The notes under the pieces were generated by a model. It had not been told where the DNA came from. It did not search any database and saw nothing but the letters and a program-made list of their open reading frames with translations. The position numbers were made by a program, and so were the translations under genes. A stretch of 64,000 bases of DNA. It comes from Macrostomum hystrix (taxonomy: Eukaryota; Animalia; Platyhelminthes). Positions 1-13,000 of the stretch are shown here, in pieces. Location: positions 24,614,001 through 24,678,000 of the forward strand of contig CATNEN010000001.1 of NCBI GenBank assembly GCA_950097015.1, in the 5' to 3' direction. Each line of letters opens with the position of its first letter. Position 1 is the stretch's first letter.

Positions 1-175
1 CCCTCAAATACCTCAGCTGATGCTGGTACCCATTCAACCTGCAGCTTGGTGATTGAAGTAAGGCAGAGTTGTTAAGTGCCTTGCTGAAGAACACAAGTTG
101 TTCCAGTGGAGTCGGGAATCGAACACCCGACCTTCTAGACTTAAGCCTGTGTCTCTAACCACTAGGCTCCCACCT
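1..175 (-). mobile_element. tRNA-derived SINE (partial, runs off the window start)
   Basis: The minus strand reads AGCCTAGTGGTTAG (A box) ... GTTCGATTCCCG (B box), followed by a ...CACCAAGCTG...AATGGGTACCAGCA core similar to the copy at ~7800. Confidence 0.6.
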
Positions 176-559
176 ATGCTACAACCCCCTACTAGGCTAC
201 AACCCCTACTAGGCTACAACCCCTACTAGGCTACAACCCCCTACTAGGCTACAACCCCTTACTAGGCTACAACCCCCTACTAGGCTACAACCCCTACTAG
301 GCTACAACCCCTTACTAGGCTACAACCCCTACTAGGCTACAGCCCCCTACTAGGCTACAACCCCTACTAGGCTACAACCCCCTACTAGGCTACAACCCCT
401 TACTAGGCTACAACCCCCTACTAGGCTACAACCCCTACTAGGCTACAACCCCTACTAGGCTACAACCCCTTACTAGGCTACAACCCCTACTAGGCTACAG
501 CCCCCTACTAGGCTACAACCCCTTACTAGGCTACAACCCATACTAGGCTACAGCCCCCT
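176..559. repeat. 18-19 bp minisatellite (CTACTAGGCTACAACCCC)n, about 20 copies
   Basis: Directly visible tandem array with a variable C-run length. Confidence 0.95.
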
Positions 560-1073
560 GATCAAGCTAAAGCGGACAATGTTTTCAATCATGCTTTATA
601 CAATAATTAAGTTAAACGTGTGCAAAAACTGCTACATTGTGGCGGGCATGTCTTCGCCAAAGATGAAGAAGCATAGGTGTTCAGGCGGCAGGCGAATACT
701 TTCTGCATTCCTTTGTCACTAAGCTCAATCTGAATGCTATGTACAGCGTGTAGAGCAACTGGGGGATAGAAAATGAGAAGTATTCCTCTGCTCAAACAAT
801 AGCCGAGACTCATTCAAGTGAAGGCCTGTACTCAGACTGTACTCAAACTGCGACCAAAGTTGTCATCCCCAACGGTGCTTCTCTCTCCCTGCTCAGCTAG
901 CCTCAAATTCAGCCATTAAATCCCGGAAGAGCGCGGCCTCACCTGCCCTCCCTGGCTGCCTTCCCAGGTGTATCCTCAAGTGTCACACTCTGCCAGCTTT
1001 GCCACCAGATCCTTCAAAGCCGTCAAGAGAGAAAAGCTTCGATTAGTTTCAAACAGCTTCAAACGCAGGACAA

Positions 1074-2723
1074 ATGGAAGAATCTGCCATACCGCAGAGT
1101 GATCAGGAGCAAGCTCAGATCTCTGAGTCCGTCGTCTCAGAGGAGCTGGCAGCTCTTGTTGAAGAGATTGAGGCCCACCTGCAGCGATATCTGCAACGCT
1201 CTTTGGAAGAATATCCTCCGGGATCTCAGGTAAGAATATTTAAGAATCTTCATATTATTGAAAAACATTTCACAGCGGGGCTTCGAGCACTGCGAAAACA
1301 GAGTCGAAACTTTGTGTATCGGCCCACACTTTTCAGCCACCGACCCAGCCCACTAACTTTTCTGAATTGTTACTGACCTCAGGTGAGTCTGCAATAGCTC
1401 AAATAAAAAGCTACGAGTTTTCCGTTGTGTATTTTCCAGGCCGACTGGGTCGCTTCAACGGTTGTTGAGCGGGTGATGTCTGGCGGATCTCAGGCCGACT
1501 TCAAGTCACTAGCGAAACTGTGTGTCTTCCTGGTTGAAAGCCTGGGCGACATCTCCAAGACCTACGAGGAGTTCTACTCCGAGCAGCTGGACACGCTGAA
1601 GGAGCAGTCGGTGCAGCAGGCTACCCAGCTGGTGTCGCTGGAGGAGGAAAACACCCGCCTGCGCGAGCGGCTGCACAGCCAAGCCGAGGAACTGAAGATT
1701 CGCGAACTGTCACTGCGCAGCCTCCGCCTTCAGCAGCGGTCCAGCAGCGCCCGGCCCAGCAACAAGGAGTCGCTGAGCTCTAGCCACAACAGCGGTCGAC
1801 TGTCAGCCCGTCCGGAGCAGCTGCTGGCCAGCCTTCAGGAGGCAGTTACAGAGAAATCTGCCGCCATCCAGAGCCTGGAGCAGCAGCTGCACGCCGAGAA
1901 GATGAAGAATCGCGAGTTTGACGAGAAGTTCAGCTTGGAGGATGACGATGAAGACGAGAGAGAAGCTAATGAGGATGATTACGGACAAGACGACGAAGAT
2001 GATGATGACGACTTCAATGTGAGTGGCAGCGCCGGAGATTTTCTCGACTCGTCGATTGGCTTCGATCGAGAGCTGGTTCGTGAGAACGCTGAGCTGCAGT
2101 CGCGAATGACCGAGCTGATGCTGGAGAACAGCCAGTACAGGCAGCTGGGAGCACAGCTCACTCTGGAGAACCAGCAGCTGCGCACCGCAACGCGTGAGCT
2201 GCGCTCCGCTGTGGAACGCCTGCACGGCCGTCTCCACTCCGACGATCTGCTAAACTCCGCCGCTTCAAAAATCTTCGAAGAGTTGTCGTTCCTCCGCGGC
2301 GGTGAGGTTCGACCCGATGCCGAGCGGGCCGCCGCCGACGCCCGGGCTGCCGACGAAAGTTTCGACGTCGATGGGGAACCTGAGGAGATCCCGGACGACG
2401 CAACTGGGGCTACGATGGTGGATTCAGCGTCTGTCTGTCACGAGTGTCGCCAGTGCGGCCGCCTACGCGAGGCTGTCGCCAAACTGGAGCGTCGGCACGA
2501 GGACGAGGCGGCCAGAATTCGCGAGATTGTCACGCAGAATGTGTGCATGAAGGCTGAACTCGAGGACTGGAAGGCCGACATGGCTGAGAAGGTGCGCCAG
2601 AATGTCGCTCTCAACGGCCAGCTGGAGTCCTGCCAGCGGCTGCTCAGCCGCCTGTCGCCTGGCAACGCTGATAAGGCGAGGTCCGTGTTCGGCCGGGTGC
2701 TTATCGATAAGAAAGGAAAGTGA
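1074..2723 (+). CDS. Probable spliced host gene encoding a coiled-coil protein with an acidic D/E tract (exons ~1074-1229 and 1440-2723)
   Basis: CAG/GTAAGA donor at 1229/1230 and TTTTCCAG acceptor ending at 1439, both phase 0. The second exon has ~430 codons rich in heptad L/E/Q/R. The 5' structure is uncertain: there is an extra GTGAGT donor at 1383. Confidence 0.7.
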
Positions 2724-3371
2724 CCGAGCCACATGGAAAATTACGTGGAATATTCTAAAGATGTTTACATGCATTACATTTACATGCCGAAGGAATGATA
2801 CTCGTGCTGATGTTGTAGCATTCTGCCTTCTATTGAACTTCTTGTAAAATAACTAATTAATAACTATCTCAAATCTTCATTTGTCTATAATATCTAAAAA
2901 TTCGTATGCAAATCATTTTAGAAGGCAAAAAGATAATGTTGCTACGCTTAATAAATCCACTTTTTGCCATATTACAATCTATTCTAATTTTTTTGGTTGC
3001 AATCTAGTTTTGTGCCTTAGTAAATGCGACAAAACTTTTTCCTCTATACGACTCTGACATGTCCGAGGTTCGATGCAGGCAGGTGCAATGCTGTGCTGTG
3101 GTCGAAACCGCTTTGTCTGTGCTAAAATACAGGCCAGTGCCCAGACAGCGATTGGCGGAACTGTACTACCAGCCTCTTGTATACTAACCGTACAAAGGTT
3201 CCCACCTTCAGTCTTTGAGGTTCGAAAATCTTAATAACAGTGTGAACTACAAGTAGCACTTAACAGCCCTGCAGGGGCAGATCAAAACAAATTGGATTTT
3301 TTTAGTTATAAGCTCATTGAAGGCATCATCAATGACGAAATGAGGTGGTACGTAATTTACGAAAGCAGGTA

Positions 3372-3810
3372 ATGTGCCCAATGTCCCCCAGCAGGCAACC
3401 AATGTCCCACGCAGCAGGCAACCAATGCCCATTTTAGCCAAGAACCATGCAACCAATGTCCCCCCAGCAGGCAACCAATGTCCCCCCCAGCAGGCAACCA
3501 ATGTCCCCCCAGCAGGCAGCCAATGTCCCACGCAGCAGGCAACCAATGTCCCACGCAGCAGGCAACCAATGCCCATTTTAGCCAAGAACCATGCAACCAA
3601 TGTCCCCCCAGCAGGCAACCAATGTCCCCCCCAGCAGGCAACCAATGTCCCCCCAGCAGGCAGCCAATGTCCCACGCAGCAGGCAACCAATGTCCCACGC
3701 AGCAGGCAACCAATGCCCATTTTAGCCAAGAACCATGCAACCAATGTCCCCCCAGCAGGCAACCAATGTCCCCCCAGCAGGCAACCAATGTCCCACGCAG
3801 CAGGCAACCA
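3372..3810. repeat. Minisatellite of ~19-21 bp units (CAGCAGGCAACCAATGTCCCC) with a 150-bp higher-order repeat (~3 copies)
   Basis: Directly visible; overlapping ORFs repeat every 50 aa, equal to 150 bp. Confidence 0.92.
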
Positions 3811-5573
3811 ATTTACAGCGTCAATAAAGTTTTATTAGATTTCCTGCAAACTAATTTAAGCTATGCGCTAGTTTCACAGCTGCTACGAATTGGACTACAG
3901 TGAGCTTAACTTTACGCCAGAAATAGCAGCTTTGCAAAGAACTGAACAGATAATCCAAAAAATGAATAACTTTAAATATTTTGGAATTATTCCAATAACC
4001 TTTGCTATAAGCTAAGCGTTATAGTGCGCTGCCTGACGATAAGAAATGGATATGTACATGCTTGAATTGTTTTTTTAAGACAAGTAATGCTAGCTGTATA
4101 TGTAGGAACAGCAACTGGGCTATAAAGGAAGTTACAGTCAAAGCTGAAATTATCGTGCCACAGGCAGTTCCGGACCATTTCATTTTCGGAATCGTTGCGA
4201 AGGCCTCTATGCTTCCTCTTGGCACTGTTCCACATTTTCTTGCTTAAGCAACCTTAGTTATTATGTGAGTCAGTCCTTACAATGCACTCCATAAATGTAC
4301 ATGAGCTCGTGGGTCAGCAGAATGAAAAAATGCGAAAACAATACAAATCAGAAACACACAGCATTCAATTTTGACCTGTAATGTTTTCGCAATGTCATGT
4401 GTCGTAGCTACATTTATTAAGAAAGAACTCTGCAAGTTAGCTATTCCATTACTCTGCATAGGTTTGTGCTTTTAGACTGGCTGCAATGGTTGATGCTTGC
4501 AGTTAACAATCAAGTGTGTGATTTAGGCTAGTTTACTAGCTGTATATAATCATGTCTTTTGTTAGACGTTTGGGAAAATAAGCTCAAAATGCGACACGGG
4601 ATATTTGGGAATTGCTCAAATAAAATTGGCAAAAGTTTTATCACAGAAGCAGAACTTTGTAACTTTTATCTAGAATAATGAGCATAGGCTCCAAAAGTAG
4701 AACTATGTGCTTTAAGGTCCGAGTCCAGCAGGACCTATAGATAATACAATTTGCTGAAAGATTCCAAAGTCAGAAAAAAATGTAGATATGGGCAGATAGC
4801 AGGTAGATAAAATTCAAGAAGTACTCACAGTATTAGCGTTGTGCTTAGTTACCACTTGGTTTCGTAAAATTCGCCTATATTTAGTTTAAACTAAACGGTA
4901 ATAAATATGCTATTAAAATTACAGAACAGCTTGTGAATACAAGCATTAAAACAAACAGCGAACCGAAATTCCCGCGTAAAACAAAGACACAAGTCTATAA
5001 AACCACATAGGGCAAAAAGCAGCTTTATACACTAGGAAATTACCATTCGGAAATCTCATCGCAAAATAAAAAGCATCGCTGTGGTTGAGCCAAAAACCGA
5101 CTTTCTAAAAGTAATTACACGCAAATATCACAGAGCTTCAAAAAGTGCGATGTCATATGTTTTGCCTTGCTTGCCAGCAATCTTTCAAAATCGAAGGTGC
5201 TATTAAATAACCGCTTCTTGTTGTGTTTGTTGGATTTTTTATCAAAAATCGACTCAATAATTTTCGGATGCATCATTACAAGCACCTTTCATGCTCCACT
5301 TAGCATTTTTGAACACCGCTAAACGTGATATGAACATTGTACCTTTCAGAATCGATGTACTGAGCTAGGCTTCGAAATCAATATGCTTTGTGCTTTTGGT
5401 ATTTCATGAATGATACCTGTTGTGCATGATAGACAATCTAAATAAACTTCTGGAAGACCGCGCTTGTCGACTAAAGTCATGGAAAATCAATGAAAGTAAT
5501 TCGCTAAATCTTGCAGATCAAATATCAAGAGCCAGGAACAGTATTGATTTGTGTTGCGTCACACACATACGGC

Positions 5574-6740
5574 TCAGACATTCATTGGGCGACCGACGCT
5601 GGGGAGCTGGTTGGTCTCCTGTGGCGGCGATCTCAAAACTCCATCGCTGCCGAAACCATCCGCCCTTCTGTGACCTCCGGGATAGCCAGAGGAGCCTCCT
5701 CGACCTCCTTGACCAGAGCGAACTGCGTAGCTGCCGTGAAGAGGCTCCTGTCTGGAATCGCCCAGTGCGACGTGTAGCGTTGTGTGAGGCGTTACCGTCA
5801 ACGGCTGGTGCTGCTGACTAAAGCCATCGATTTGTTGTTGGTGTTGCTGATGCTGCTGCTGCTGCCGCTGATGTGAATGATGGCTTTCTGCTGCAGGTTG
5901 AGGCTGAGTAGAGTTATAGTTTCTCTGCTGATAGTCGATCCCATTAGCGGGGATTCCAGACGCTGGCTGTTGTGGCTGCTGCTGCTGGTCTCGGAAGTGC
6001 GACGGTGGCAACTGGTCGACATCCCGCCGGCTTCGATAGTTCAGCATTACAGTTTGAGTGTCGCCAGTGTAAACCACCTGTTGCGTTGGGGTAGAGAACT
6101 CGACTGGCACCATCCTGTGATGATTGTTGGCGTTGATGGGAGCATATTCTCTCTCTTTTGTCGGGTTGGGTGGCGGCGACTGCACAGGCGCTGGTGGCTG
6201 CTGCGGTGGCGGTTGTGGCACGCGGCTTGCATGATTGTCCACCGGCTGCGGAACCCCCTGATTCAAAGTCGGCTGCGCCGGCATTACTTTGTCTCGCCGG
6301 AAGCTGGCTCGCTTAGAACGGCCGCGTGTCGAGTTCCGGCCCGATCGGAAGCTGCGATACGATTTCGAGCCTGCGTACTCCTCCCAGTCAGGATCCTTCG
6401 AGTGAGCCTCCGTAGACTCGACGCGCTCTGAACCTCCGGCAGTTGAGGCATCTTCTGGGGCATCGTCAGCTGATGGCAACGGAGGTCTCGAGCCGTATAG
6501 CCTCAGGGCGATGCGAGACTTTCTGTCGGGCGTGCAGAAGAACCGGTTGCAGTAGCAGCCGAGACCAGCCAGCACTAAAAGCAGCAGACTCACTGAGAAC
6601 ATTGTTATCCCTGCGACAGTTTTCTGCTTATCGTTGCTGTAGTCTCCGCTGCCCCAGAAGCTCCCTCCGACAATGAAGAGGACGGCGCCAAGGAGGCAGA
6701 GCGCCATCACTACTGGCGTGCTCTCGTCCAGGCATAGCAT
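5574..6740 (-). CDS. Hypothetical membrane protein: two N-terminal hydrophobic helices, a Cys-rich juxtamembrane segment and a long Q/P-rich disordered tail
   Basis: 388-aa ATG-initiated ORF; VVMALCLLGAVLFIVGG and VAGITMFSVSLLLLVLAGLGCYC are TM-like. The 3' end may be spliced differently. Confidence 0.65.
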   Translation of the reverse strand: MLCLDESTPVVMALCLLGAVLFIVGGSFWGSGDYSNDKQKTVAGITMFSVSLLLLVLAGLGCYCNRFFCTPDRKSRIALRLYGSRPPLPSADDAPEDASTAGGSERVESTEAHSKDPDWEEYAGSKSYRSFRSGRNSTRGRSKRASFRRDKVMPAQPTLNQGVPQPVDNHASRVPQPPPQQPPAPVQSPPPNPTKEREYAPINANNHHRMVPVEFSTPTQQVVYTGDTQTVMLNYRSRRDVDQLPPSHFRDQQQQPQQPASGIPANGIDYQQRNYNSTQPQPAAESHHSHQRQQQQHQQHQQQIDGFSQQHQPLTVTPHTTLHVALGDSRQEPLHGSYAVRSGQGGRGGSSGYPGGHRRADGFGSDGVLRSPPQETNQLPSVGRPMNV

Positions 6741-7796
6741 GATGGCCTCTCTAGTTGCTCTGTTTCAGGGGTGAGTACTTGCCATAAAAACAGCTCAGTT
6801 GGTGGCGGCTGGCAAATTCTTGCGAGAAAAGGCCTGCACCAAGCGACAGTGCTTTTTCAGTTGTCGTCTTCCAGTGCCTTGTATCGGGGGATTATCCGTG
6901 CGCATGTTTGGTTTGGTGGCGGGCTGACATGCCTCGGCGGGTGGCACGGCTTTGTTAATGGTGTTTGGGTGGGTCAAACGGGGCTTATAGCTGATTCAAC
7001 TAGATTCCAAAAGCAGCGGACGAGCTCTGGGCGTTCCCAGGGTGGACGGCTTAGCTGGGAAGAGGGGATTTGAGGTGCCAGATAAGAACTGTTCGCGCGG
7101 GACTAGCGGGAGACGGGATTTGTACGGACAGGGAGAGCGGATGAGACTTGAGCTGTGCAGCTGCAAAACTTTTATGCCTTCAGTTCTCTCGCGCACTCCT
7201 CTAGTCTAGGTCACTGGCCCAGTGCTTGAAAGCAAAATTCTCTTCTCACTATACCCACTGCTTCCGTTGAGCTGTGCGTAAGTGCGTCTGTGTGCATGCG
7301 TCTGTGTGCTCAAAACGGACAGGCATTAGAGCGTACAATTTATATTGGCCGAGAAGCAGTGAGGAAAGGCAAATATGAATAGGCGGGTCAGCATGGACTC
7401 ACTGGCAAAGCAGGGCTAGTTGCAGCACAGGCAGAGATTGTCACAGTTGGTGTCAAAAAAAGATTTTTGTCACGGCAACCACCCCGCGAATGCAGTTGCG
7501 CTTCGGTCCAGCCAGTGCTCACGTGCAGTATGGCTGCTTACGTCTTCACTTTTCTGGAGGGCTTAATTTGCTCTCTCAGGAAAAAAGATTTAAGTTTCTG
7601 CAGCTAAAACAGTCTGCATCAGAAATTAAAACTAGTTTTCCTTCTGCTTCACCAGCTGTCTGAGTTTACAAACAACGTTTTTGAAGAAATTCTAGTTTTT
7701 TAAGACAATGCTCTGCTCTCAGGTCTGTTACTGTGGGTAGCTCGTAAGTTTTTTATATTTAGAATGAACAATCCAACTATCTAGAGTTGTTTTCTT

Positions 7797-7960
7797 TGGC
7801 GTTGTACCCAAGTGGTTAGTGCGTCGGACTCACGAAGCGAAAGTCGGGGGTTCGATTCCCGGTCCACCCAGAGAATTTGTCGTTTAGCAAGACTCCGAAC
7901 TCCGTGTTGCTTCAGTTCACCCAGCTGTTAAATGAGTACCAGCATTTAGCAAGGGTAATT
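7797..7960 (+). mobile_element. tRNA-derived SINE
   Basis: AAGTGGTTAGTG (A box) and GGTTCGATTCCC (B box), followed by a non-tRNA core CTTCAGTTCACCCAGCTGTTAAATGAGTACCAGCA. Confidence 0.6.
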
Positions 7961-9059
7961 GAGGGTGACTGTGTGGCGTCTCCGCCAGCTGATGGACTGA
8001 ACAGCCGTACGCAGCTTTCAGATGCGCCACGCAATAGCTGCGGCTGTGCTGTCCTTATTGTTGCTGTAATAATTGCTGTCAATATAATCTTATACTGTCT
8101 ATATTTTTTAAGTTTATGATGTCTGCGTTTCAACATATTTAATAGCTTGGTATGCTAATGTTCTTAACAAAGTTCGATCTGAATTCTTATAAAATATATT
8201 GGTTTAGGTTTTTGTCATTTAAAATTATAGATTTTTGTCACAATTTAATTAACAGTACGCTCGTAGGCCTACGAGCCATTACGACTCTACGAGGTTCCTA
8301 ACAAGCCATTTTGCCACCCGTTTTTATACCAAGGGGTGGGGAATTTCCATGTACCCAGAAAACTTTTTGGCAGCGCGTGAATGCTAACAGCGTTGGGTGG
8401 TGGCTGATTGGTTGACAGACTAGACGATGGTGTACTGTGGTTGAGCTGCGCCTAATATTTAGGCTTGATCAGTGAAATTGGTGGAATTCGCGTCAGGGTG
8501 TCCATAGTGGCCTAGTTCCACCTGTTGTAGCCCTTGAAGGTCCAGGAAATCCGTCTAGATAAAGGTAGGTGACCACCGAAGATGGAGATGATGCAGGCAC
8601 ATTCGGGTGACATGCTGATAAAGTTTGAAGGCCTGGCAAGGCCGCACTGAGGCGCATTGCTAATTTGTATGAAATACACAGGCTCTTAGAGGAAAAATCT
8701 GTCCTTCGTCAAGATACATTGAATATCTCGACGGTCTGAAGAGCTGCATGGCGACTTGATTATTGTTTCAGAAGATGCACAACAAAAAGTTGGCCTGTGT
8801 TCTTGAGTTTCGTTTGCTTCCGTTGTTACGTTCGGGTGCAGCACAAAAGTTGTCAGGGGGGAATCCGGCCGCCTTGGTTGTTCAACAGTTAAAGCACATG
8901 ACGCAGTGATAATAATATACATAACCTGCGACTTTTAACAGTGGTCGATCAATCATAGCTTCTACAATCGACATGCGAACAAAAAACTGTCTTTCGTGTC
9001 CATGGACAAAATAAACTAGAACTCGTGTGTCTCTGCAGTTTTATATAGAAATAGTCTAT

Positions 9060-9267
9060 TGTGGCGGCCGCTCTCTCCAGCGCTCTGCGTGGTGCTAGGG
9101 CAGCCACCCCAACTTTGACTCGCACTTGCGCTGGGCCGGGGCAGTATGCATAGGGCTTAAGCTCATGTACACGCGCCGGCCTATAAATCACTATCTTTTG
9201 GAACGCGCTGCACTTTACCTGTTCTTCGCCAAATAAAATTTAACTTTACGTGGCTACAATCGCCACA
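9060..9267 (+). repeat. 5' LTR (208 bp)
   Basis: TGTGGCG...CGCCACA terminal inverted repeats, TATAAA and AATAAA inside; identical by eye to the 3' LTR. Confidence 0.97.
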
Positions 9268-9268
9268 T

Positions 9269-9281
9269 TGGTGAGCCCGAC
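9269..9281 (+). promoter_or_regulatory. Primer binding site, tRNA-Trp-like
   Basis: TGGTGAGCCCGAC immediately follows the LTR and resembles the complement of the tRNA-Trp 3' end (TGGTGACCCCGAC). Confidence 0.7.
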
Positions 9282-9301
9282 TCTCAAACCGATAGTTTGA
9301 G

Positions 9302-10006
9302 ATGACTGAGTCTGCAGTAGCACTCAAGCTGCCCACGTTTTGGGTCAGCCAGCCCCGCGCCTGGTTTATCCAGGCCGAGGCACAATTCACTCTCCGAGGC
9401 ATTTCGCAGGACGACACCAAGTACTGCCACCTCGTAGCAGCGCTCGATCAGCAGTCGGCGGAGCGTCTACTGGACGTGCTGGAGAATCCGCCCACGGAAA
9501 ACAAGTACGGCGTGCTCAAGGACCGGCTGCTTGGCACTTTCGGCCTGACACAGCAGCAGCGGGCCAGCCGGTTGCTCAACCTGGCCGGCCTTGGTGACCG
9601 CCGCCCGTCCGAACTCATGGACGAGATGCTGGCACTGCTAGGCGACCATCGGCCATGCATGCTCTTCGAAGAGCTGTTCTGCCAGCAACTGCCAGCCGAC
9701 ATCCGTATGGCACTGGTCTCCGCCGATTTCAAAGACCCGCGGATGGTCGCGCAGCTCGCGGACCGGCTCTGGGCAAGCCGCGCCCAGCCCTTGGCAGCCG
9801 CCACGCTGGCGCACGACCAGCCGGTAGTTGTCGCCGCAGCTCGGCAGGCCACGGCCGCCGATCCAGCCCGGGCCCAACCACAGCAGCACCAGCCCAGAGA
9901 GGAAGGCGGTCCGGTCTGTTTTTTCCACCGGAAGTTCGGCTCCAAGGCCCGACGTTGTGAACAGCCCTGCCGGTACTCGGGAAATGGACCGGCCGGCCGT
10001 CAGTGA
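9302..10006 (+). CDS. gag: Gag (234 aa) with CHCC nucleocapsid motif
   Basis: KLPTFW...[10 protein letters not shown]-terminus and [18 protein letters not shown] zinc knuckle. Confidence 0.92.
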   Translation: MTESAVALKLPTFWVSQPRAWFIQAEAQFTLRGISQDDTKYCHLVAALDQQSAERLLDVLENPPTENKYGVLKDRLLGTFGLTQQQRASRLLNLAGLGDRRPSELMDEMLALLGDHRPCMLFEELFCQQLPADIRMALVSADFKDPRMVAQLADRLWASRAQPLAAATLAHDQPVVVAAARQATAADPARAQPQQHQPREEGGPVCFFHRKFGSKARRCEQPCRYSGNGPAGRQ

Positions 10007-10023
10007 ATGCCTCGACGGCCGGC
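9979..10023 (+). promoter_or_regulatory. -1 programmed ribosomal frameshift signal
   Basis: G GGA AAT heptamer in the gag frame (9979-9985), a 6-nt spacer, then a 10-bp stem GCCGGCCGTC/GACGGCCGGC (9992-10001/10014-10023). Pol is in the -1 frame and open from 9961. Confidence 0.85.
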
Positions 10024-13000
10024 AGCAACAGTCTCCTGCTCATCCCCGACGTGGCCACCGGCCGGCGTTTCCTGGTCGACACCGGCGCGGAGGTGAGCAT
10101 TTTTCCGGTCTCAGGGGCCGACGCCCGCACGCACCCACCCGGCCCGCCACTTTTCGCGGCCAATGGCAGCCTGATACGTACCTTCGGCAGCCAGACGCTC
10201 AAAATTGACCTCGGCGTCAAGACCTGCACCTGGCCGTTCATCCTTGCCGAAGTGTCCCGACCGTTGATCGGCGCCGATTTTCTGCGGCATCATGGCCTCT
10301 TGGTGGACCTGCCGAACCGTCGCTTGCTGGACGCTAGCTCGTTGTCCAGTGTTCACCTGGTGCTCGGCTCTGGCACGGCCCCGCAGTTAGCCGCCGCGGT
10401 TGCCGGAGACCCGTACAGCCAGCTACTCACCGAGTTCCCTACGCTGACAGAGCCAAGCTTCCAAAAGGCCCGGCCTCGTCACGGCGTGGAGCACCATATA
10501 CCAACGACCGGGCCTCCCGTTCATGCCAGGGCGCGCCGCCTGCCACCGGACAAGCTGGCGGTGGCTAAGGACGAGTTCCGCACTCTGGAGCAGCTCGGCA
10601 TTGTGCGGCGGTCGTGCAGCCCCTGGTCGTCGCCACTACATATGGTGCCCAAATCCTCAGGCGGTTGGCGGCCCTGTGGGGATTTTCGGCGGCTCAATGA
10701 TGCCACGGTGCCTGACCGTTACCCGGTGCCACACATCCAGGACTTCTCAGCGCGGCTGTCCGGATGCAAAATATTTTCGAAAATCGACCTAGTTCGCGGC
10801 TATCATCAAATCCCGGTTGCGGAGGCCGACATCGCTAAGACGGCTGTCATCACCCCGTTTGGCCTGTTTGAGTTTATTCGCATGCCTTTCGGCCTTAAAA
10901 ATGCCGCCCAGGCTTTCCAGAGGTTGATCGACACGGTCTGCCAGGACCTGGACTTCGTGTTCGCCTACATCGACGACTTCCTGGTGGCGAGCAGCGATCC
11001 TCAGCAGCACCTGAAGCACCTGCGTGTGCTGTTCCAGCGCCTGGCCGACAACGGCCTCCTTACCAACCCGGCTAAATGCCAGTTTGGCCGCAGTGAAATC
11101 GACTTCCTGGGCCACCGCATTAACAGCCGTGGGGCCGTGCCGCTGCCCGACAAAGTCGACGCCATCACTCGGTTCGCGCCGCCTGCGACAGTCAAGGGCC
11201 TACAGGAGTTTGCCGGTATGGTGAACTTCTATCACCGGTTCGTGCCGCGAGCCGCCCAGCTGCTGCGCCCCATCTACGGCGCCCTGGCCAGCAAGGAAAA
11301 GTTTGTTCAGTGGACGCCGGAGCTGACGGATGCCTTCAACAGTACGAAGCGCGCTTTGGCAGACGCCGCCATGCTCGCCCATCCACAGCCCGGCGCTCCA
11401 ACGGCGCTGACGGTCGACGCCTCGGACACCGCCGTAGGGGCGGTCCTGGAGCAGCGCATCGGTGAGGCGTGGCAGCCGCTGGCGTTCTTCAGTCGGCAGC
11501 TGCGTCCCGCTGAACGAAAGTACAGCGCTTTCGACCGTGAGTTGCTCGCTCTTTATCTCGCCACTAGGCACTTCCGCTACTTTTTGGAAGGCCGCTTTTT
11601 CACCGCCTACACCGACCACAAGCCCCTAGTGGCGGCCATGGCCAAGCTGTCGGACCCGTGGTCGGCACGTCAGCAGCGGCACCTCGCATACGTGTCGGAG
11701 TTCACCACCGACATCCGGCACGTAGCGGGCAAAGACAATCCGGTGGCCGACGCTCTGTCCCGCTGCACCGTTGCCTCCGTTCAGCCGCTGCTTCCTGGTA
11801 TAGACTATGAGGCCCTAGCGCGTGCGCAGACTTTAGATGACCCTGCGCTTGCGGACACCGGTCTCAGGCTAGAACGAGTGGCGCTGGGCCCCGGCTTGGA
11901 GGTCCTCTGCGACACCGTGACCGGCCGTCCACGACCGCTGGTGCCCGCCGACTTCCGCCGTGCCGTTTTCGACGCCATCCACAGCCTGGCGCACCCGTCG
12001 GTCCGCAGCACACGGCGCCTTGTGTCCGAGAAGTTCGTGTGGCCCGGACTCAAGAGGGACGTCGGCCAGTGGGCACGCAGCTGCATCGCCTGCCAGACGG
12101 CCAAAGTCCAGCGGCATGTGATCCCCCCACCGTCTAGCATCCCGGTGCCCAACAGCCGTTTTGCCCATGTCCACGTTGATCTGGTCGGTCCGTTGCCGCC
12201 GTCTCGCGGTTACACCTATTTGCTGACAGCAGTCGACCGTTTCTCCCGCTGGCCGGAGGCATTTCCAATGGTCGACACCTCTGCCGCCTCCTGCGCATCT
12301 GTCTTCATCGCCGGCTGGATCGCCCGTTTCGGTGTCCCCAGCGACATCACGTCCGACCGCGGCTCCCAGTTCACCTCAGAGCTGTGGACCAACGTTTCCA
12401 AGCTGCTTGGCATGCAGCTCCATCACACAACGGCTTTTCATCCGCAGTCAAATGGGCTTGTGGAGCGTTTTCATCGCCAGCTCAAGGCATCTCTGATGGC
12501 GCGCCTGACTGGACCGGCTTGGGTCGACGAGCTTCCCTGGGCACTACTGGGCATCAGGACGGCCCCCAAGGAGGACATTGGCGCCTCCTCTGCAGAGCTG
12601 GTTTACGGCGCGCCGCTGACCGTGCCGGGCGAGTGCCTACAGGCCACGCCCGCGAAAGGCTCCTACGACCAGTTCCTAGCCCGGCTTCGTGGTGCTGTGC
12701 AATCATTCCGACCGCCTCCGACCTCTCGACACGGCCGCGTTGCAGCCTCCGTGCCCGACGCACTGGACACTTGCACGCACGTTTTCATCCGCCGTGACGG
12801 CCACCGCCCGTCGCTGCAAAGACCGTATTTCGGCCCATTCAAGGTGCTCGAGCGCAACACCAAAACCTTTCTGCTCGATTTGGGCACGCGGCACGATCAC
12901 GTGGCGGTGGATCGGCTGAAGCCTGCGTTGCTGGACCCCTGCGAAGCAGTACCGGCCCCACCGCTGCGACCCAGAGGCCGCCCTCGCCGAGATGCCCATC

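Noticed and set aside
176-559. CRISPR-like reading of the short repeat arrays (also 3372-3810 and 22450-22828)
   Set aside because: The units are contiguous with no unique spacers, there are no cas genes, and the context is eukaryotic.
7797-7870. Functional tRNA gene
   Set aside because: The acceptor stem pairs poorly and the sequence continues into a SINE-type core that is also seen at 1-175.
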